Assembly: GCA_965240325.2 (NCBI GenBank)
Contig: OZ251247.1
Coordinates: 744,001 to 808,000 of the forward strand
Length of the DNA stretch: 64,000 bases
Reading direction: 5' to 3'
From: Rebecca billardiae RCC1528
Lineage: Eukaryota; Protista; Haptophyta
Shown: in pieces, positions 57,955-64,000 of the stretch
Layout of the letters: each line of letters starts with the position of its first letter
Numbering within the stretch: position 1 is the first letter of the stretch
The notes under the pieces: generated by a model
What the model was told of the DNA's origin: nothing
The model's database searches: none
The model's input: the letters and a program-made list of their open reading frames with translations, nothing else
Translations under genes and position numbers: made by a program

Positions 57955-59679
57955 ATGGACTCGCCCATGGCGCTTGCGTCGACGCCAGGCGACGCCGCGT
58001 CTACTCGGCGTGGGGCGCATGAGCAGGCCAGCGCCTTGCAGCCGCTGGCGCTGCTCGCGGGCGGCGCGGAGGTGGCGGCTGGGACGGACGTCGCCATGGA
58101 AGCCGCCCCCTCATTCGGAGGCCGGGTCTGGGCGCAGTGCGGCAGCACGCCCGCGCTGGAGGCATCGGCCCCGGCGCTCGCAGCCCTGCCTCTCGACCTC
58201 ATCGTGCGCGTGCTCTCCCATCTCGGCAGCGCGCGTGACCTCGCCGCCGCCAACGCCGCCTCGCGCCTCTTCCGCGGCGCGCCCGGCGAGTGCTCGCCGG
58301 TCGAGCGCGCGCTGCGCGAGTGTGCGCGAGCGCGTGGGCACGAGCGTGCGCTGCCCGCGACGCTGCCGACCGGCGCGTGCACGTGGACGGAGGAGCTGCT
58401 GGGGCGCGAGCGTGTGCTCGAGCTGAGCGCGCCGCACTGCTGCGTCGTGGCGTGCAGCACTGGTTACGATGTCGACTTCAGCGCGTTTGTGGACGCGGAG
58501 GGCGGGCTGCACACGTGCGGCGAGGAGGTGGGGTGGGACGAGGACGGGCTGCGCACGGGCTTTTTGCACGCCGCTCTTGCGCATGGCGGAGATGCCGCTG
58601 CGCCGCCCGTGCTCGTGCCGACGCGCGTCGCCTCGCTCAGCGCAGTGCGCGTGCGCTCCGTGGCCGCAGGCAGTGACCACCTGCTCGCGCTGAGCGATGC
58701 TGGGACGGTGTACGCGTGCGGCGCCAACCGCTTCGGCCAGCTCGGGCTGGGGGACACGGGCACTCGGTGGGCGTTCGAGCTGATTCGTGGTCTGGAGGCC
58801 CAGCGCGTGGCATGCATAGCTGCTGGCTCCTACCACAGCCTCGCGCTCACCGCCGCTGGCTGCGCGTACAGCTGGGGCAACAATGGGCACGGCCAGCTCG
58901 GCCACGGCGATATTGAGTGCCGGCGGGAGCCGACACAAATCGAGGCGCTGGGCGGCGTGCGCGTGGCTGGGGTGGCCGCAGGGGACGGCCACATGCTGCT
59001 GCTGTCCATCGCTGGCTCAGTCTACTCGTGCGGCCACGGCAACTGCGGCCAGCTCGGCCACGGCGACCAGCAGGATCAGCACACGCCGAGGCGGATCGAG
59101 GCGCTCGCGGGCGTGCGCGCCGTGCACGTGAGCGCGGGCATGAGGCACAGCCTGGTGGTGGACGCGGATGGTGCCGTGCGCTCGTTCGGCTCGGGTACCC
59201 AGCACGAGCTTGGGCTCGGCGACACGCGTATGCAGGCGACGCCGACCCCCATCGAGGCCTTTGCAGCAGACGTGCGCGCCGTGCGCGCGTGCGCTGGCCG
59301 CTTCAGCAGTGCGGTGCTGGGCGCGGACGGCAGCGTGCACACGTTTGGGTCCAACTCGTGTGCCCAGCTAGGGCTTGGCCACGCGTCAGTTGTGCCGATG
59401 CCGACCTGTGTGCACGCCCTCTCGCGCGAGCGCGTGGTCGGCTGCGCACTCGGCGATGGGCACGCGCTGTACGTGACAGCTGAGGGCGCAGCGTACTCGT
59501 GCGGCCTGCAGACGGCAGCGCTCGGACACGGCGGCGCGCTTCCAGCGTCTGCGGTCGTCGTCAGCGTGCCGGCGGAATTCTTCGGCGATCCGTCTACTGT
59601 GGACGGCACGGCGGTGGCCACGCCCTTGCAGATCGCGCAGCTCCAGCCGCTGCTGCGCGGATGTTCGGTGGAGCAGTGA
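57955..59679 (+). CDS. F-box + RCC1-repeat protein, copy 15
   Basis: N-terminal extension, then LAALPLDLIVRVLSHLGSARDLAAANAASRLFR; RCC1 repeats. Confidence 0.9.
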   Translation: MDSPMALASTPGDAASTRRGAHEQASALQPLALLAGGAEVAAGTDVAMEAAPSFGGRVWAQCGSTPALEASAPALAALPLDLIVRVLSHLGSARDLAAANAASRLFRGAPGECSPVERALRECARARGHERALPATLPTGACTWTEELLGRERVLELSAPHCCVVACSTGYDVDFSAFVDAEGGLHTCGEEVGWDEDGLRTGFLHAALAHGGDAAAPPVLVPTRVASLSAVRVRSVAAGSDHLLALSDAGTVYACGANRFGQLGLGDTGTRWAFELIRGLEAQRVACIAAGSYHSLALTAAGCAYSWGNNGHGQLGHGDIECRREPTQIEALGGVRVAGVAAGDGHMLLLSIAGSVYSCGHGNCGQLGHGDQQDQHTPRRIEALAGVRAVHVSAGMRHSLVVDADGAVRSFGSGTQHELGLGDTRMQATPTPIEAFAADVRAVRACAGRFSSAVLGADGSVHTFGSNSCAQLGLGHASVVPMPTCVHALSRERVVGCALGDGHALYVTAEGAAYSCGLQTAALGHGGALPASAVVVSVPAEFFGDPSTVDGTAVATPLQIAQLQPLLRGCSVEQ

Positions 59680-60060
59680 GTCGGCACGGCACCGCGCGCA
59701 GGTGCGCAACTGCTGGACGACATTACAGAGGACTGTGGGCGTGGCCGCTACCACAATCATGCGGCATGGTCGGACATGGCGGGTCATACGGCTATGCTCT
59801 GCCAGCAACGCCGACTTCGTGTCGACGATTGGGCGCACTGCCGCCGCCGACGAATCAGGAGACCTGCGTCGTCGTCCTACCTGTGTCGTTAAATCATAGA
59901 TCGAATGAGCCCGCCCCGCCATAGACGGCAACCAGAGTGCATGCAGATTGCTGCTGGGGAGCCAACCGTCGTCGCACCGACGAAACTGGCTGATCGAGCG
60001 GGCTCGGTCGGGCCTACTTTCCGCCCTTTCAAGGTGCCGCTCACGCTGCTCGCGCGCACG

Positions 60061-61779
60061 ATGGATGCGCCCATGGCTCTTGCGTCGACGCCACGCGACG
60101 CAGCGTCTACTCGGCGTGGGGCGCAAGAGCAGATCGGTGCCTCGCAGGCGCGGGCGCAGCTCTCGGGTGGCGCGGGGGTGGCGGCTGGGACGGACGTCGC
60201 CATGGAAGCCGCCCCCTCATTCGGAGGCCAGGTCAGGCCGCAGTGCGGCAGCACACCTGCGCTGGAGGCATCGGCCCCGGCGCTCGCAGCCCTGCCTCTT
60301 GACCTCATCGTGCGCGTCCTCTCCCACCTCGGCAGTGCGCGTGACCTCGCCGCCGCCAACGCCGCCTCGCGCCTCTTCCGCGGCGCGCCCGGCGGGTGCT
60401 CGCCGGTCGAGCGCGCGCTGCGCGAGCGCGCGCGAGCGCGTGGGCACGAGCGTGCGCTGCCCGCGACGCTGCCGACCGGCTCACGCACGTGGCCGGAGGA
60501 GCTGCTGGGGCGCGAGCGTGTGCTCGAGCTGAGCGCGCCGCACTGCTGCGGCGTGGCGTGCAGCACTGCTGACGACGACGCTAGCTTCAGCGCGTTTGTG
60601 GACGCGGAGGGCGGGCTGCACACGTGCGGCGAGGAGAAGGAGGTGGACGAGGCCGGACAGCCGACGGGCGAGTATCGGGCGCCCCTGGCGATCGGCCACG
60701 CAGGTTCCCAGGAGGTGCGCGTGCCCACGCGCGTCGCCTCGCTCAGTGCAGTGCGTGTGATCGCAGTGGCCGCTGGTTGGGGCCACCTGCTCGCGCTGAG
60801 CGAGGCCGGCGCCGTGTACGGCTGCGGCGAGAACGAGTGCGGCCAGCTGGGCATGGGCGACAGGGAGAAGCGGTGGTCGTTCTCTCTGGTCGTCGCATTG
60901 CGAGGTGAGCACGCTGTGGGCATCTCGGCGGGCGGGCTCTCCAGCCTCGCGCTCACCGCCGCTGGGTGCGCGTACAGCTGGGGCTGCAACAGCTGGGGCC
61001 AGCTCGGCCACGGCGACAGGAAGGACCGATGGGAGCCGACGCGCATCGAGGCGCTGGACGGCGTGCGCGTGGGTGGAGTGGCCGCAGGGACCTCGCACAC
61101 GCTGCTGCTCTCGACAGCTGGCTCCGTGCACTCGTGCGGCATCGGTAGCTGCGGCCAGCTGGGCCACGGCGACGAGCAGGATCAGCACACGCCGAGGCGC
61201 ATCGAAGCGCTCACGGGCGTGCGCGCCGTGCACGTGAGCGCGGGCAATACCCACAGCCTGGTGGTGGACGCGGATGGCGCCGTGCATTCGTTCGGCTGGG
61301 GACGTGACGGGCAGCTGGGGCACGGCGACACGCGTATGCGGGCGACGCCCACCCCCATCGAGGCGCTGGCTGGTGTGCGCGCCGTGCGCGCGTGCACTGG
61401 CCGCTGCAGAAGTGCGGTGCTGGGCGCGGACGGCAGCGTGCACACGTTTGGGTCCAGCTGGTGTGCCCAGCTAGGGCTTGGCCACGCGTCAGTTGTGCCG
61501 ATGCCGACCTGTGTGCACGCCCTCTCGCGCGAGCGCGTGGTCGGCTGCGCACTCGGCGATGGGCACGCGCTGTACGTGACAGCTGACGGCGCAGCGTACT
61601 CGTGCGGCAAGCAGACGGCAGCGTTCGGCCACGGCGGCGCGCTTCCAGCGTCTGCAGTCGTCGTCAGCGTGCCGGCTGCGCACATTGGGTCCGATGTGGA
61701 CGGCGCAGCGGTGGCCACGCCCGCGCAGATCGCTCAGCTCCCGCCGCTGCTGCCTGGTGCAGCAGGGTCGATGGCGTAG
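60061..61779 (+). CDS. F-box + RCC1-repeat protein, copy 16
   Basis: Start MDAPMALAS chosen by homology to copy 15; shares N- and C-termini with copy 15 but has different central loops. Confidence 0.9.
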   Translation: MDAPMALASTPRDAASTRRGAQEQIGASQARAQLSGGAGVAAGTDVAMEAAPSFGGQVRPQCGSTPALEASAPALAALPLDLIVRVLSHLGSARDLAAANAASRLFRGAPGGCSPVERALRERARARGHERALPATLPTGSRTWPEELLGRERVLELSAPHCCGVACSTADDDASFSAFVDAEGGLHTCGEEKEVDEAGQPTGEYRAPLAIGHAGSQEVRVPTRVASLSAVRVIAVAAGWGHLLALSEAGAVYGCGENECGQLGMGDREKRWSFSLVVALRGEHAVGISAGGLSSLALTAAGCAYSWGCNSWGQLGHGDRKDRWEPTRIEALDGVRVGGVAAGTSHTLLLSTAGSVHSCGIGSCGQLGHGDEQDQHTPRRIEALTGVRAVHVSAGNTHSLVVDADGAVHSFGWGRDGQLGHGDTRMRATPTPIEALAGVRAVRACTGRCRSAVLGADGSVHTFGSSWCAQLGLGHASVVPMPTCVHALSRERVVGCALGDGHALYVTADGAAYSCGKQTAAFGHGGALPASAVVVSVPAAHIGSDVDGAAVATPAQIAQLPPLLPGAAGSMA

Positions 61780-62013
61780 CGAGACGGGACTGCAATGCGC
61801 GTCGCAGGCCGACACATGCAGCATGTTGACGACGCGTCTCATCACTATCATCAGTGCCATCGGCACTGGCAGCGCGTTTACGGCGTCATTATCCATCACG
61901 GTTTGACAGTCTTAGCTTGAGTACAACGACGTACTGAGGCTGTGCTAGCGACTCCAGAGCGCTACCGCCGAGTCGTCGGCGAGTCCGGAGGAGTTCGTTA
62001 TTTTTTTCCATGC

Positions 62014-63015
62014 ATGACCGGACGAGCTCGGCAGTCGAGCAGCAGCAAGGCCGAGCGCGTGTGCAGACGGCTGCCTGCGATGGCGGCCCAGCACCCGCGG
62101 GGGCGGCCTGCCCCCACCACGCGGCGCAGGCCGTCGAGCGCGGCACCGCGCACGGGGGCGGCGCTGACGCTGGTGCGGCTGGACGAGGTCCTCCGCCCGA
62201 CGCGCACGCCCACGCCGCTCCGCCTCCCCTCGCCGCGCACGGGGGGCGGCGCCGAGTTCTCGATCGAACTGAAACTGCCTCGGTCGCGGCCGCACTCGGC
62301 CGGCGTGGCGCGGCCGGCGCGCGGCGCGGGCGGCGCGGGCGCGCAGCTGGCCGCACACGGGCAGCAGGCGCAGCACGCGCGCGAGGGCGTGCTCGAGCGC
62401 CTCGAGCGCGCGCGTCGCCCCTCGCTCGTGCCGCCCTACCAGGCGGTCTCGGCCGTCGCGGCCGCGGCCGCCGCCGATCCGATCGCCGCGGCCGACGACG
62501 GCGAGGGCGGCGGCGTGGGCGGCAGCCGGGCGCAGAGCCGGCGCGCGTCGTTCAGCCGCTCCGTCGGCGGCCGGCCCAGGCCGTCCACCGCGACCTCCGC
62601 CCGCCGGCCGTCCGCCGGCGGCGCTAGCGGCAGCGCCGGCGGCGGCAGTTTCGCGACTGCGGCCGGCCACCGGCCCGCAGCCCAACCCTACCCCAACCCT
62701 ACCCCCCACGGCGCGCAGGGCGGCAGCTTCGCGGCGTCGGCCGGCCGACGGCCGAGCTCGGCGGGGCGCGTCAGCGCCAGCGCGGCGAGTCCGGGCGCGC
62801 TAGCACGCACAGAGTCCGGACGCGCCGTGTGGGCGGCCGGCGGCGCGGACGCGCCCGGCGGCGGCCGCGGCGGCTCGCGCGCGCCGAGCCCCGAGCGGGC
62901 GCGCGCGCGCGCCGCGCTCGCCGCCGCGGCGGCGGCGGACGCGGCGAACAGGCCGCCGCCCGCGTTCTCGGAGTACCTCTTCGCCGAGCTCGCGGCGAAG
63001 GCGGAGCGCGGCGGC

Positions 63016-63081
<66 letters not shown>

Positions 63082-64000
63082 CGCGGGCGGGAGGGTGCGC
63101 CGAGCGGGCTCTCCGCGCTCGCCACCGCGGCGAATGACGCAGCGGGCGCGCTGCTCGAGCTGCCCGACGCGGCGCAGATGCTGGCCGCGGCGCGCGCCGA
63201 GCGCGCGAGCGCGCGCCGCCGACGTCTCTCAGTAGCAGCAGGCGGCGGCGGCGGCGGCGGCGCGGACGGTGGCGGCGGCGGCGGCGGCGTCGACGGCGCG
63301 CGGCGCGGGAGTGTGCTGCCGGGCGGCGGCGTGTCCATCGGTGGCGGCGCCCTGCTCACGCGCCCCGGCTCCGCGCCGCCCGCGCCGCACAGCGCCGCGG
63401 CGCTCGCGGCTGCGACAACGGGCGGGGTGGGCGGCGGCGCCGCCGCCGCGGCCGCCGACGCGGCGGCGGCGAGCGCGCTGCATGCGTCAAATAAGCTGAG
63501 CGCGGCGGAGACGGCGGCGCTCGGCGCGCACCTGGGCATCCTCGGCCTGGGCGCGGGCGGTGGCGCCGCCGCCGCGGGCGCGCCGCAGCCGCCGCCGCCG
63601 CCCGGCGGCGGCGGCGGCGGCGCGGCAGCGCTCACCACTGCCGCTGCCATGCGAATTCCGGCCGAGATTCGCGAGCGATTCTCCGCCGAGAACTTTGCGG
63701 CGGCGGAGGAGGCGCTGGCGGTGGGCCGCGCCGTCGTGCTCAGCGGCAGCGTCGCCGCCGCCGCCGCCGCCGTCGCCGCGGTCGGCGCCGCCGCCGCCAG
63801 CGCCGGCGGCGGCGGCGGCGGCGGCGCGGGCGCGGGCGCGGGCGCCCCTGCAGCGCGGCGCGCGCCGGCAACCCCCGGAGGCGGCGGCGGCGGCGGCGGC
63901 ACGCCGGGCCCGCCGCGCGCCGCGTGGGGGAGCGCGGCCGCCGCCGCTGCGGCGGTGGACGACGAGGACGACGACGACGACGACGGCGGAGCCGGCGCCG
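62014..64000 (+). CDS. 5' part of an unknown Gly/Ala-rich low-complexity protein, running off the right edge
   Basis: Apparently open frame from ATG 62014 (or 62080) with host-like codons (LVRLDEVLRP, EFSIELKLPR, PAFSEYLFAELAAK, EIRERFSAENF). No domain recognised. Confidence 0.55.

Noticed and set aside
57834-58460. N-terminal extension of copy 14 given in the ORF track (708 aa)
   Set aside because: Mostly the antisense of copy 15's F-box region; paralogue comparison supports a start at 57833.
755-61718. Numerous long antisense and alternate-frame ORFs over the F-box/RCC1 genes (e.g. 3664-5646, 29950-31299, 56854-57894)
   Set aside because: Shadow ORFs expected from very high GC and codon bias; Arg/Ala/Pro-rich with no domain motifs.
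500-61779. Diversity-generating retroelement as the source of loop variation (many variable codons are NNC)
   Set aside because: No reverse transcriptase or template repeat in the window. The AAC Asn codon within the loops is mostly conserved, NNG codons (TGG, GAG) also occur, and high GC3 explains NNC.
500-61779. Calling the genes UVR8, RCC1 or HERC orthologues
   Set aside because: No conserved GWRHT triad of UVR8 and no HECT domain; an N-terminal F-box is present instead.

Overview
This is very GC-rich eukaryotic genomic DNA. Introns mostly have GTGCGC-type donors, ...GCGCAG acceptors, (GC)n/(CA)n tracts and telomere-like repeats, which suggests a haptophyte alga, possibly Pavlovales (inference only). 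The window is dominated by 16 intronless paralogues encoding an N-terminal F-box plus a seven-repeat RCC1-like beta-propeller. They sit in three arrays: 5 copies at 0.5-9.6 kb, 8 at 24-41.4 kb (2 disrupted) and 3 at 56.3-61.8 kb. The framework is nearly invariant, while the same loop positions in each blade are hypervariable and segments are shared between copies in a patchwork. This looks like a recombining library of SCF substrate receptors. Between the arrays are a spliced PERK-like eIF2-alpha kinase head-to-head with a UBE2T-like E2, an intronless SDR, a spliced MHYT membrane sensor fused to a HET(TIR-like) domain, and a mitochondrial carrier. There are also at least five non-autonomous DNA-transposon-like elements, including a foldback element with ~400-bp arms and a 3-kb TIR element carrying a spliced, frameshifted BAH-domain gene. 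All calls come from reading the sequence by eye; no searches were run.
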